Source: Lama guanicoe (Eukaryota). Taken from it: a DNA stretch of 64,000 bases. Below the pieces are notes generated by a model. It saw nothing but the letters and a program-made list of their open reading frames with translations, did not search any database and was not told the origin of the DNA. This document shows, one piece after another, positions 24,509 to 37,267 of this stretch. Numbering within the stretch: position 1 is the first letter of the stretch; every line of letters begins with the position of its first letter. Location: contig MU056000.1 of the NCBI GenBank assembly GCA_013239625.1, positions 9,370,232-9,434,231 of the forward strand, given 5' to 3'. The position numbers and the translations under genes were made by a program.

Positions 24509-27339
24509 GGCTTTTATGCTTTGTTTTGTTTCGTTTTTACTTAAGTTGCTTTCTGTCTTAAAAGTTTCTAAAATTTTGCATATCCTCACCTGCTCAGCAA
24601 TCTGGTATTTCAGTTTGCTCTGTAGCTTAGAATATTTTAGGAATTTTCATTTTAAAATCCTCAACTGACCACCTATAGTGTATTATGGAAACATTAGTTC
24701 TAGAGTAATCTAAATTCCACGTGTATAATGATATGAAAACGAACTGGATTTCTGGTAATCTCACCCTATCCCACATGCATAGAGTTCCTATCATTTTCCC
24801 ATTCAAGTCAAAAAACAAGGGGTAGGTAGAGAAATGGGCTATGCTTTCATGGGGGATACAGATAATTTAATATAGCAAAGAGTTTTCACTGACAACTCTT
24901 TATTTTAAACCACTTCCCATCTTTACAAGAAATGCATGAGCTAAAAAGGGATGGGCTCTCCTTGTGAGTTTTGATGTCTGATGATTATTTCAAAGGACTG
25001 CTCTTTTGAAAAGTGGCCCCTGACAGAAACTTCAATTCTTATAAGGAATGACGTGTTGGATCACTTTTTAAAAAATGTTTGAATATAATTTTCTTTTTTT
25101 TAAGTTTCATCTTTCAAGCTGGGATGCTGCAGTCACTGCTTTTGCCACCTTTGCCACTAGAGGCACCGCCGGTGACACTGCAGGCGGCCATGTGGAGGCG
25201 CTGCTTGTGACAATGCTGGTGGCACTGCTGAAACCCAGATAAAATGTCCTCCAGCTCTGCCTTCCCTGAGCTTCACTTTCCCATCGGCAGACACTCTCAG
25301 GAAGCCAACTGGAAAGGCAGTCGCTATAATGGAGTTTTTCTCCCAGAACTGAGAAGAAGCAAGGCACAGCAAGCATCCTGCTACTGCATTTGAGAAATAA
25401 CATAAAGCGTTTGGGTTGTGAAAGTAGATTTATATGTATACACGTAATTTGATTTACTGAGACACAAGACAACCTGAATTGTGAACCTACGTATAGAAAT
25501 CACAAATAAGAGCACACATCAGTTTAGTAACTGCTGATTTATCATTTTTCTTTTTTCTTGTTTTCTGATACAAATAGTAAACGATGAATAAACTGTCTCT
25601 GTCCAATCATAATAAAAACTGCCTCCATCTCATATACCTTCTTGCTCCCTCTTTAACAAAGATCATATTCTGGATCCTAAATTGAATACAGAGTGCCTAA
25701 TGCACCTCCCCTGCCATTGGGCATCAAATAACTAGGTAGCGATAGAGACTTTTCTCTGGGGAATGTTCAGTGGTACTGAGGAGAAAGGGGAATGGAATTT
25801 ACACTGAGGACTCAGCCAGGTGTGTCCTCTAGTAAAAGGAGGCTTTACCTATGAAGGCATTTTAAATTACCCTTCCTTTTTCCACAGTCAGCAGAGAACA
25901 CCAATTCAGTGGAAGGAACACAGTTCCCAAAAAGAATGAAAATATAGCTCACCAATATTACTGAAACAGTGACAATGGCAGGAAATTGTTCCGGTGTTAA
26001 CTAGAAATTAAAACAATCTGTGATTAGTAAAGAGTCCTGTAGCAAGAGCCCGGTATCACATGTCTCAAGATGTCTTGAGACAAACCAGTGTAAAACACCC
26101 AAGAGTATTCTAAGGACTAGAAAACCAACTTTATTTCAGACAAGAACTCTTTGCCTAGCCAAGATGATTCAGCCTCAGCTCAAGCTATTTAAAGAGAGGA
26201 ACAGGAGAGCGAGATTTTTTAAAAGTCTGAACATTATATATAGGATGTTTCTCAATATTTTTATCTACCTTCTTGGTGATAAATTAAACATCTCAGCCGT
26301 CTTCTAACAATGCCTGGATGTTCTGATAACTTTAATGAAGACTCCAGTTATAAATTATTACTTTGTTTCTCTCAATCAGACGAGAATTTCTGTCAAGACT
26401 TACTTTCTGTTATTTGTTTTAGGAAAACAATTTAAGTTTCCCAAATGCAAAATTATAAGATTAAATCTTTTTATCAGAAATTTCAGGTATCCCTCTTCAC
26501 CACTGACCTACTCCTCAATAAATATTGAAATTCCTAGGTGCAATTTCTTACTCAAGCTTTTATCTTCAGTATATCGTACAATACCTGGTCCTCAAAAAAT
26601 GTTTGATCAGAGGAAGAAAGCATGAAGAAAAAGAAGAATAGGGCAGAACACATGTGTTTAAGTCCCAGATTTGCTATTAATTTTCTGCATGAAATTGGCC
26701 TGTCTACCTTTTGAAAAATACATGGGTTGTGCCAGAAATCTGTAAGATCTCTTTTACCACTAATGTTCTATGGGCTTGTGATCATTATTCATGATTTTGA
26801 TTCTGTATAAAGCGTACCTCTTTAGAGATGTTAAAATGTACACCTTGATAATTGTGTGGAGTTCAGAAGGAAATCTATAAAAGAAAAAAAAATCTAGTTA
26901 AGTACAGCAGATAGGCAGACAGACTACTTACCTTCTGACTCTCAAAACTCTTCTAAAATGATAGTTTAAAAATTGCAATACATGAAGTGAATGTGTATTG
27001 TAAAAACATCAGTGAACAAAACATTGCAGCCCATATTTGAAAAGCAGCAGGCTGATAAAATGGTGAAATTTTCGGAGATAAGAAACTTACTTAAAGTACA
27101 ATCGGAGGCCAGCACTGAGGCAGAGCAAGGTGATTTGCCTTTTGGCAGAATTCAGTTTCAAGAAAAGTGTAGGTGAGCTATGAGTCCAAAAATAGGGAAG
27201 TGGACAGAAACTCCCCAGTTCCTTCTGGAAATTGCTGCCCCAAAAGTTGTGAAAATAATAGAGAGATTTTAATAATTCAGAAATGCAACCTATTTACTTT
27301 CCATGCATGCCATATCACAAATCAGTCAACTGATTGTGA

Positions 27340-27800
27340 ACCAAACCAAGAAAGCAAACCAAGCAAACCAAGAAAATGGAAGATTGGTAGTCTAGCAAAC
27401 GAAGGATTTAATGAAGCTTTGTGGCAAAGAAGAGGTCCAGGATAACAACTTGACAGCGTTCCTAAAGAGAAACCAGTCTAGGTTTAACTAGGTGGAGTGG
27501 AGTGTTCCAAGGACAAGATCTCCAAGGGGACCATGGCTTTAAAAGATTACCTCCTACGTTTGATTGTGGGGAGGAAAAAGCATAAACGGACACATGACAG
27601 ATTTTATACACGATAAATAAGAATAGGCATATAGAAAATTATGTAAGTTAGAAAAAGAAATCTTACATCAAAAAAGAAAATATTGAACAAAAAATTTAAA
27701 AATTATAGCATACACTTCTCTCTGCGTTGAACACTGACATGAGCATAATACAAACAGTAATTATTTACTGAATTAAATAAAATTTCATTAAACATTTTGA
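27340..27800 (+). mobile_element. HAL1/old L1-related fragment
   Basis: gtccaggataacaac..gagaaaccagtctag..atctccaag..agattacct..gtttga resembles the recalled HAL1 3' region. Confidence 0.4.
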
Positions 27801-28149
27801 AAGACCCTTAAGTCATTACAAACAGAACTTGCTTCTAGAGAAAATGGAGTAGATTTTGGAAAGGATCCTTTTAAGAAGTTTGCATATTTTCCACAGGCGT
27901 ATGTGAAAGTCCCGAACAGGACTCCTCAAAAGCTGAGGAGCAGAAGGTTGGTGTCATTCACTGAAACAGAACATCATGGTCCTTCATGGACAACACACAT
28001 CAAATCCCAACAATGAAAATGGAATCCAATTTTCTTGGAGGAAATATCCCACAATATCAACCCAAGTACATATGGAAAGTTCTCCCTGATCCTTCCTTTA
28101 AGGGATGAAGGTTAATGCTAAGGTGCCTATGCGTTAAAATTCTGTAAGT

Positions 28150-28493
28150 TGATTCTTCATTCATGGCTTTGTGGATTGAGGGAGCCATGTGACTAGGAAT
28201 GTGGATGGTCTCCAGGAGCTGAGATCCAGCAAGACAACAGGAAACCGGAAGCCACAAGGACTGGATTTTGCCAACAGCCTGAATCTTCAAAATGAATTCT
28301 TCCCCAGAGCTTCCAGATAATACCGCGGCCCAGCCAGTACCTTGAGTGTGAGGGCCTGAGTAGAGAACCCAGCAGGGCAGATCCTGGACTTCTGACCTAT
28401 GGGACTGTGAGATGGTAAACACTGATTGCATAGTCTCATTTTAGGCTACTAAGTATGTGGTTATTTGTTTCACAGCAGTAGAAAACTAACACA
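28150..28493 (+). mobile_element. MLT1E-type MaLR LTR
   Basis: gccacaaggactggattttgccaacagcctgaat..ttcttccccagagcttccagat..gacttctgacctatgggactgtgagat..cagcagtagaaaactaacaca. Confidence 0.75.
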
Positions 28494-28495
28494 AG

Positions 28496-29188
28496 GTAGA
28501 ATCAAAACCAGTTCATCTTTATATTGCAGAAGAACCCTGTACATTCACTATTTTGCCCTAGAATTATGTCCATTCTTCTGTTCTCTCTCATGTTCTATCA
28601 CACAGTAAACTCAATTGCCTGTGTGTTCCTCAATCATATTGATCTATACTATTGACAGCATTATGCTAAGTAGTTCTGTGAAGCAGGGAGAAGAAAACAA
28701 AGAATATCAAGTCTCATATAATACCACCAAGAAAAAAAAGATCAAGGAGCCTGCCATACCAGCCATGATCGTAGAGGTCCAGAATATCCCAGTGAAGATA
28801 AAGAGTAAGTTATTTACCTCTTCATTCTAGCCACTAAGAAAGTGGTAGAAAACTTGGTAGGCCTCCTTAGATTTTGGAAGGGTGATATATTGCATTTAAG
28901 AATATGGCTCCAGCCTTTTCATTGAGAGACACAGAAGGATGAGGTTTTCAAAGGGAACACAGAGCAAGAAAGTGCTTTGCAACAGGAACAAGTTGAGGAG
29001 GTTCAGATGCCCCACAACTTACGACTGTATAGATCTCATGTTGCTAGACGTATCAGTCATGGAAAAAAGACGCTGTTTGTAATCTCAGGAATCCCCAGCA
29101 AAATAGATGCAGCGCCGATTCCTATAGCTCTGGATCAAAGCTGGACCTGCCTTCTGCATCAGGGAGCTATTCTTTGTTTGAAAAACAT
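28496..29188 (+). mobile_element. ERV-L-class pol fragment: RT C-terminal half and connection domain (degenerate)
   Basis: Translates to TFTILP*NY, ILIYTIDSIML (YIDD region), TKKVVENLVGLLRFW, EQESALQQ and LPSASGSYSLFEKH, colinear with recalled ERV-L pol. Confidence 0.85.
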
Positions 29189-30555
29189 AGCACAAAGCAA
29201 CCCAGAAACCCTCAGTCAAAAGGAGAATATTATCTGCAAAGGAGAGTGTAGCTTCCCTTCACAGGCTCCATGGAACATCCCTAACTGGCGCAGATATTTC
29301 GAGCCCTGTTTGATCTCGATGTGGTCCTAATGGCAGGGCAACTTGCACAACCGGTTGGGACCATTGAAGATCCTTCTCTTGCTCTGAAGCACACGTAAAA
29401 TTGTCAGCTTTTTGTGTTGTTTGGTGAACGGATCAAAGCAGCCCACCCGAATAAGGCATATGCCGCCTGTAACTTCTGGAGCTCCACCTCTTTCTTATTT
29501 TTAGAACAGATCAGGTACAATAACATGTCCTTCAACCGGAAAGGGCTGTACAATGTGCTTGAACCACTGGGACTCTCAGAATTTAACTGCAGTAGCAGGA
29601 ACCTGAACTTTCAAGGGTTTTACTTTCTGCTTTCTGGCACACCTAGGTCTTCTAAGTGTTACAGTGTGCATGTGTAGGACAGCTATATTTAGCAGCTGGA
29701 AGAACTTCTTCCTGATCACTAGGTCCATTTGCATTTTATTATCAATATGGTGGACTGGCATGATATCTTTTGGAATGGAAAGACAGTCAAGATCCTTGCA
29801 GACTAGACTGTGAGAGAGGGCTGGAGAGTGGGAATAGCCATATGGCAGGTCAGTGAATAGCCAGAAAATTGAAAACTCACTCTTGGTTGTGGTCTTTCCT
29901 ACAAGCTATGAAGAATAGAGATTTCCAGATCAATAATTGCATTCTAGGTACCAAAAACTATGTTGACTTGCTCTAATAAGGAAAACACATCTAGTGCGCC
30001 ATTTGCAATTGGAGTCATTGTGTGCTAAAATTGACATTAATCCATTGTCATTCTCCAAAGCCTGTATCTTCTTGCACAGACCAGATGGGTTATTAGAATG
30101 AGAATGTGGTAGAAATCATCATCTCTGCATCCTTCAAGTCCTTGAAAGTGACACTAACCTCTTCAGATCCTCTAGGAATGGAGTATTTGTTTCAGTTCAC
30201 TAGTTTTCTAGGTAGAGGCAGATCTAGTGGCTTCCATTAAACTGGTTCTATCACAGTAGCTCTCACTTCACTTATCAGAGAACTAATATGAGGATTCTGC
30301 TTTTTGCTGAGTGTTTACACTAAATTACTCATTCAGGAACTGGGAAAGTAACCACTGGACATGTTCAGAAACCAAACAGGTCCACCAGAAGGTGAGTCTG
30401 AGAAGGAGACCATTATTTCCTTGGCCTCCTATGCTCCTAACCTGACTGGCTGAGCATTCTGGATTTTTGAAGAGCTAAAATTAGTATAGAGTCAATTTCA
30501 AGTCATCCTTGAAAATTTGGGGATCCCTTTTCTCACTTCACAGTCACTGTATTAG
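29189..30555 (-). mobile_element. ERV-L-class pol fragment: protease, RT and connection domain (degenerate)
   Basis: Reverse strand gives PVRLGA, WKPLDLPLPRKLVN, FKDLKDA, WRMTMD, LDVFSLLEQVN, FTDLPYGYSHSPALSH, PVHHIDNKM and SFADN. Confidence 0.85.
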
Positions 30556-30559
30556 TGAC

Positions 30560-31170
30560 TAAATTTTGAGGCCAGGAAGCAGCAATTTCCCAAATGGATC
30601 CTTGGGAGTAAGGAGAAGTTAGCCACTCCTATCTCCATACGTAGGTGTTCAGACCCATGTTCTATCTTTAATGGACACACTTTGAGATAATAGCTTTTGA
30701 TATAGAATTTGTACTATACCTTAGAAAATGGAAACCCATTCATGTGAGGTTATGTCCTCCAATCTTTGACCTCAGCAATGGTTTCAAAAAGGTAGTAGCT
30801 TTTGGGTAGTAAGACCATTAGATCCCACAGTCTTGTGCCCATGGCTACACCCCCTTTTTGAAGTAGTGAGCCCCTTGGTTAGTGTAATATTCCCCAGGAT
30901 CTGAACCAGTGAACCAATCCCTTTGTAAGCCCTTTTATAGTGTTGCAGGCAGCGGCCCTACGGGCAGAAAAGGCAAACTGGTGGCTGGAAATGTGTTAGT
31001 TCTGGTAAAGAGCAATGGCTGCTGCTTCCGGGATGGCAGAAACACAGCAACACAATGCAATCAGCTTACCCCCATGTGGCTGGTGGTGTCACGTCAGGTT
31101 TCAGCACTGGTCTGTGTTGCTGGCAGGTTACACAGGTTAGGAAGCAGTAGCTGGAACCGAGATTCTTAGG
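30560..31170 (-). mobile_element. ERV-L-class integrase fragment (degenerate)
   Basis: Reverse strand gives CVTCQQHRP, PATWG, NQGAHYF, WAQDCGI*WSY and LTPKDPFGKLLLP, matching recalled ERV-L IN (CPICQQQRP, SDQGTHF, WAHAHGIHWSY, ITPSDPLAKFLLP). Confidence 0.8.
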
Positions 31171-31354
31171 GAGATTAAGAAGTGTTTTGACAACAGAAAG
31201 CATAATATGAATTCAGTACATAATATTAATAATCTCACATCTAGACAGGGATGATTCAGAACCTAGTAGGTCAATGTACTGCAGATGGTGTCCACGGTTT
31301 CCAGGACCCCTGCTTCGCTATTTAGAAAAGCTTATTGGTAAAACACGTGAGGCC

Positions 31355-31757
31355 TGAGTGCTGTGAGGCTCACACTGGCCCTTCCAGACTAACGTCCATC
31401 CCCTCCCACCTTATTTTCTGAAGCGTCCCTCTATCAACTGCCTCAATGGACTTCTTTGTCCACACGTTGGCTTTGGTTACTAGAGAGTCCAGAAAGGAAC
31501 CTGGAGAAGGGGAGTGAGTTTGGGGTTTTTATCCTCACAGCTTCCTACCTACAGCGTCGGCAAAGGTGTGTGTCCTTTCAGGTTTCAGGGAACAAACCTC
31601 TCACGCCTCCAGCCTAGAGGAGCAGCAGTCCCAGAATTTCTAGTATTAAAGCCTGTACATTACCAAACCTGTGTAGATGGTCTGTTCAGTAAATCTTCTT
31701 CAAAGCATTCTCATTTGTGTGTGTCATCTTCCTCCTACAGGGATTCTGACTGATACA
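31355..31757 (+). mobile_element. LTR33-type ERVL LTR
   Basis: gcccttccagact..ggagtgagtttggggtttttat..tttgtgtgtgtcatct..gggattctgactgataCA. Confidence 0.65.
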
Positions 31758-32164
31758 GCATATGAAAAAAAAAAAATGGGAGTAGGGAACTTAAAGGAAA
31801 GTGGAGAAATGGAAACCAAGCCGTTCTTTTCCAGTGACTAAGAAAATACATAAGAAGTTTCTAGTAAAAATGTTTTATTGATACTAAAGTGAGAACCTGG
31901 GCAAGGGATAAATCCCAGAAGATATAATTAAGGGATAATATACAATCTCTGGTAAGAAAGACTTTAAGCTCTGAAGCTCTAGGAATACTAAATTGAAGTT
32001 CGATGTAACCTACTTTCACTGATGTGAAACTAGCTAATTGTGTATACTCATACAGGAGGAGTGATGCAATTAATTTTTAAGTATCAAGTCCTTCCTCTAC
32101 TTGACCCCAAAAAGGCAAATATTTTCGCTGCTGTCCTTACTGTAATCTCCATCTAGCTTATGAT

Positions 32165-32617
32165 TTATCTGTTACCTGTTACCACAATAAAAATAGACAA
32201 CCAACAACACAAAATGTCACTAGCTTGAAAAATAATTGTTTATTGCTTATGTATATGGTGTCAGCTGTGACGAGATCACATGGCTCTGCTGATCTTGGCT
32301 GGGTTTGCACACATGATGGCTGGCTGGCTGTTGGGTGATTCAGCTCTGCCCCACATGGTCTCCCATCCTTGGCAAGCCAATCGTGGCAACTTCTCATGGC
32401 AGCGGGAAGCAGTGCATGAGGATTCTTGAGGCCCTGACTTGGAAGTTTACAATCCTTCAATCATATGCTACTGTAGAACAATTTATAGGGCAGCTCAGAT
32501 TCAAGAGATGGGGGAATGGTCTCCACCCCTTTAGTGAGAGGAAAAGTAAAGTCATGTGGCAAATGAACTTAATACGAGGAGGGAAATATATCGGTTCCTT
32601 AACTCACTTAGTCTACT
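32165..32617 (-). mobile_element. MLT1F/H-type MaLR LTR
   Basis: ctctgctgatcttggctggg..ctctgccccacatggtctc..cagctcagattcaagagatgggg. Confidence 0.65.
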
Positions 32618-34144
32618 TTGTATGTCTTTTCTCCCCCCAGCTCTGAACATGAGGACCAGACATGCATCTCTCTCCACTAATCCAAGATTCACGTCTTCAA
32701 AATAATCATTCCCATTTTGGACAACTAAGACTATAGGTTCTTCTGATTGCCAGAAACAGAGATGGTGTCCAGGAGCATCAAGAAATGGGAGTCCACATGA
32801 ACAGGGGCCTAGGGAAAAGTGAGAGACCAGCGTCAGGAACAGCAGGACCCACATACCAGGCAGTGATGGCAGGAAGACACCGGGACTTCGAGTTTTGAAC
32901 TCACATAGCTGATCGCTCGACCAACTCTCCATCTGTTTGCTTCCTGCTCAGATCCGTGATTACCCTGCTCCTCTTTTCAGTCAATAAAACACGCTTCCCA
33001 TGTGTCCGCCATGTCCCCACCTCCCTGCACTACTCAGCAGACTTGACAGAGCAGAGACCAGCTTGGAGGAACTCTCTGAGCAGGGTGGGAAGACTGGGTC
33101 GCTGTAAGACTGGCAGCAGTCAGGTCTGGTGGAAATCCTGGAACCAGCCCCAGGTGTAGAACAGGTGTTTTCCCCCTTGCTACTGCCATTAGCGTAAAGA
33201 CTGCTCTCCCTTTTTATGACTCAAAAACTGTGGACGAAATGAGCCACACAAAGAGGAAACACAAACTTCTGATGCGTCTGTGCCCATGAGGAAATGTCCT
33301 CTCTCTACTAAATTGTCACCTACTATCACAATAGCAGCTGTAATGACAACATTTACATTTCCTCCGTGATTTACAATTTTTATAATGTTGCCCACATTCA
33401 TTTTATTTTTCGTCACCGTTTCTAGCCCTCACTCTTCTATTGCCTGTCTGTGAAGCCCGGCAAGTGTCTGCCCTTCTCTGGGCCGGTTCCCAGCCATGAG
33501 CCACATCCCAGACTGGCAGGCTTCAGTGGGACTCAGCCCTGTGTCCTCTGTCCACCGTCTCAAAGGGAGAGAGTCCCAGGGTAGATTTAGGGAGGATATT
33601 TTATTTTTGTATTCATATGAGCTTCATTGTTGTTTATTAAAGTGGTACGGTATTCATTAAAAATTAATATTTCAGCCCACCACCACCCAAGAGTTCGGAG
33701 GTGGAGGCCAGGAAATCTGAAATTTAGTCAGTATCCCAGGTGATTCTGATGACTCTTTCTATCCTGTTTGACTCATTGCTAATATCTGTGTACAGCAAAT
33801 AAAGGCGAGGTTTTTACAAGCACTACATACACTTGATGGCGTAACTAACCACAAAGGACATTCGCTACTTATATGGGTCTTAGCAAGCACGTCAAAACTT
33901 CTGAAACAGAAATTTTCTGTTCCCTATTTTTCAAAGTGCGCCGATTTTTGTTTTACAAATAAAATAAAGTAATCTAACAAAATATAAATCATTGTATCCA
34001 TGTTTAACTATAAATTTGAAGACAACTTTTTTTCAGCTTATTATTTATATTCAGAAACTTTGGAGGTGGAATCTACAAACTGTCGAAATGCTTACCTCAT
34101 GAAGTTCTTCAGAAAGGAAAGGAACTGAACATCCAATGGACATC

Positions 34145-34330
34145 TACCTGGATTCATATCCTGCCTCTGCCACTTTGGGCAATTCCTCTGTTTCAATCTT
34201 CTTATCTATAAAGGAGGGTAACAATGTGACCAGCCTCGTAGGATGCTTATATAGATGAAGGGAATTCAGATAAGTAAAACCCATACAACCAATGCAAAGT
34301 AAATACAAGATATTATCACTGTATAATTCC
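34145..34330 (+). mobile_element. MIR SINE
   Basis: acctggattcatatcctgcctctgccact..cctctgtttcaatcttcttatctataaag..cctcgtaggatg. Confidence 0.6.
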
Positions 34331-37120
34331 AAGCTCTAGTCGTTATTACTCAAAGGGATCTTTTAACGTTTCTTAAAATTAAATTCATCTATTATTTGGC
34401 TTAATTCAGGTTAACAAGAAATACACAGACTACTAATAAATGGTAAGTTGGCTTAAGACCATTTTGATTCCTGTTGTTCTTATTTTTCATCTGTCCTTTA
34501 CCGGAGTGGAAGGTGCGATACTTCCATCAAGCTGCCATCACCAGACCTCGCCTCATGCTGTAGACTCTTCAAAGGTCATCATAATTCTTAAAAATTAAGG
34601 AATATGATTTAGAATGCTCCGATTAAATTCTACTACTGCCTATTATAAAGAGGAAAATCAAGGATTCTCTCTTACCTTCTGTTGAAATATTGTTAAGATG
34701 AACTTCTTCATGGCTTGGTCTCCATCTCTTCACTATGATACCTCCTGGGTAAGAGCTACTTTGCATTTTAACTAGAGGCCTCCTTAACCTTCGGTCTGGC
34801 ATTTGAAGATCTCTGACTGTGGCTCTAATAAAGGGCAAGCACTAGGGGAAGTGAAGGGCCGTCTCTCCTTTGTCTGCATTTGTTGCAGCCTTTTAGGAGG
34901 AGAAGGGGGAAAGGGCTCCGATTAATTTTGTGCCTTCGAGTTGCAGCAAACCCATGACATATCGGAGAGCTTTTCTTTTATGATTTCAGCTTTGCTCCTG
35001 CGCTTCCTTTACACACTCCTCCAATGGAAGGCTAACCTTTATGTTTTTATAGACTTGATACAGCTCAGAGTCAAAGCAAAGTTGGCAATCAAAGGCTAGG
35101 ATGGCATTTGAAAGGAAGATCATACCAGTGGGGTTCACAGTACGAGTTCTCTGAAGCCCTTAAAGGTCTCTTTTGAAACCAGCCTTCTCTGCATATCGTT
35201 TGTTACTGAAATGCTAATGCTGTTAGTGCTCAGATTGCACTCCACTTCTCGGCAGACTTTGCCTACAGTCCTTTGCATTGTTCACAGACCTCATATTCAG
35301 ATTGTTGGACAAAGTCCTGGGCCTTTATTCTGATTTTGCAGCTACTCCATCTCTTTTAGGGCCCTTTTAGTGATTGATATGTATTATGCAGCCAGAAGGT
35401 GATTACCCACAATGCTTCTTCCTGCTTAAACACATTGGCAGGAAGATTAGATATTATAATGCATGAGCTTTCCTTTCTCCGTGCAGATGAGGCTGCTAAT
35501 TCGTTACCTCTGGGGCTTTTAGATATATGGGGAAGCTTCGGTGTGTTAGATTTTTCTATTCACCTATCTTATCTCCTCTCTGATGTATTCCCTTGCCATC
35601 AGAGGCATGTGAGTATGAAGCCGTAGCATTCAACATGACTTTTATTTAGCTCTATGTGCTACAAGTTCTGAACACCTGTAAGTCTTTTTTGGAGGGGCCA
35701 GGGGGTGGGGGTGTAGGAACAGGATATAAGGCAAAAATTGGAAGTGATTATAGGAGGGCAAGATTTTCTTTCCCTTTCATTGTTTATAGGAAAAAGGCCT
35801 TTGATGATGATAGAGTGAAAAGGAGAATCTCTTTGGTAGCTTAACAGCACATCAGCTTTGCGCTCCTGGAGTGGATAGCACATTCATTGCCTCTGCGCCA
35901 CAGTGGAAAAATATGAATGGCTGAAAGTCTGAAGGAGATAAAGAGCCCCTGGTCCCAGCCTCCCCAGAGGAGTCAGAGAGAGCACAGGCTTGCATGCTTA
36001 TGCACAGGGAGCAAGCCTAAACAGGTTGCTGAAGGTACGGCAGAGAGGGGGAGCAATTTCTAGCAAATCCCATATGAGGAGACAGAACACTCACCAAAAA
36101 AACAGAGCAGGTATCAAGACGGAAAATGACTGACTGAAACAAGTGCAGAGATAGTCTGTACCATTGTGTGAACTGTTGGTGTGTACATAAGATTAACTAA
36201 TAGTGGCATTCTTATATTACAGCGATTGATTACATCCACATGGCCAAAATATACTGTGCCTCTAATAAAGGGGTGATATTTAGAAACTAATGAGCAAAGT
36301 ATAATGGGACAGGCAGTGGACTCTGTTAGGAGACTGAGGCCATTTTCTTGTTTTCCACTTATAAATCCTGTGGGTTTGAGAAACTCATATATGAAATGGG
36401 GAGAATAATCTCTTTCTTGTGTTCTGGAAAAGAAAAAAACATTAATTTATTCCATTTTTAGAAGATCTAACAGACCTCTACAAAACTTAAAATAATATCT
36501 TTAGCAAATGAACCCTAGCCTTCAACATACTGTCTCTTGCCACAAACTGCCCTCCATCTAATTGCCATCAATAGTTTACCTTCACTAAATCTAGCTCAGT
36601 ATTGTTTAAACTGGGAATCATGAAACTAGTGGAGGTCGAGCACTAGCGAGAAAATTTTTCTTGTCACCATTTTACTGATAATCTCCCTGGAAATAGTTCC
36701 CCCACTTCATAGCGTAACAGACCAGGACTGAGGATGACCTGTCACTTAATTCCCTAGAGCATTCTCTTTACCTGACCTGAACTTAGGCAAGATAATTACT
36801 GCACATTCTTCTGAAAAGCAAAAAGAAACAGTCAGTCAGATCCCTGCTTCTAGCTGATCGAGGCTGGCTTCTCAGCTTTTGCTAGATGTGATCCAAGGTG
36901 CACTGGAGAATTTGAGACTGGAGTAAAGGAGATGCGCTTGGAGTGCTGAGTTTGTTCTGTAAACCCTGATATTTAAATAGAACCACATTTGAACCTTCAC
37001 ACCTGGGGCATGCAATCAGGCAGAACTTAAGGGGGAATAAAATTTACAATTATTTAATTTTACCAACATGGAGGCTGGGTACACAGAAACAGAAATTTAA
37101 ACATGAATTTAAAGAAACAA

Positions 37121-37267
37121 TTATGTGACAGGATGGAGGTGATAGCTAACTCTATGGTGGTGACCATTTGCATGTATAAGTGTATCAAATCAGCATGTTG
37201 CACACCTTAAATTCACACAATGTCATATGTTAATTATATCTCAATAAAATTGAAAAAAAGCATAAAT
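37121..37267 (+). mobile_element. 5'-truncated L1M 3' end with TSD
   Basis: tatgtgacaggatggagg..caaatcagcatgttgcacaccttaaa..tatatctcAATAAA; direct repeat AAGAAACAA at 37112-37120 and 37268-37276. Confidence 0.75.

Noticed and set aside
25154..25172. GCCACTAGAGGCACC as a CTCF site
   Set aside because: One base short in the GGGC part of the core; register does not fit
28496..31170. Domesticated retroviral pol/integrase gene
   Set aside because: Numerous stops and frameshifts, and the YIDD motifs are decayed (TIDS, HIDN)
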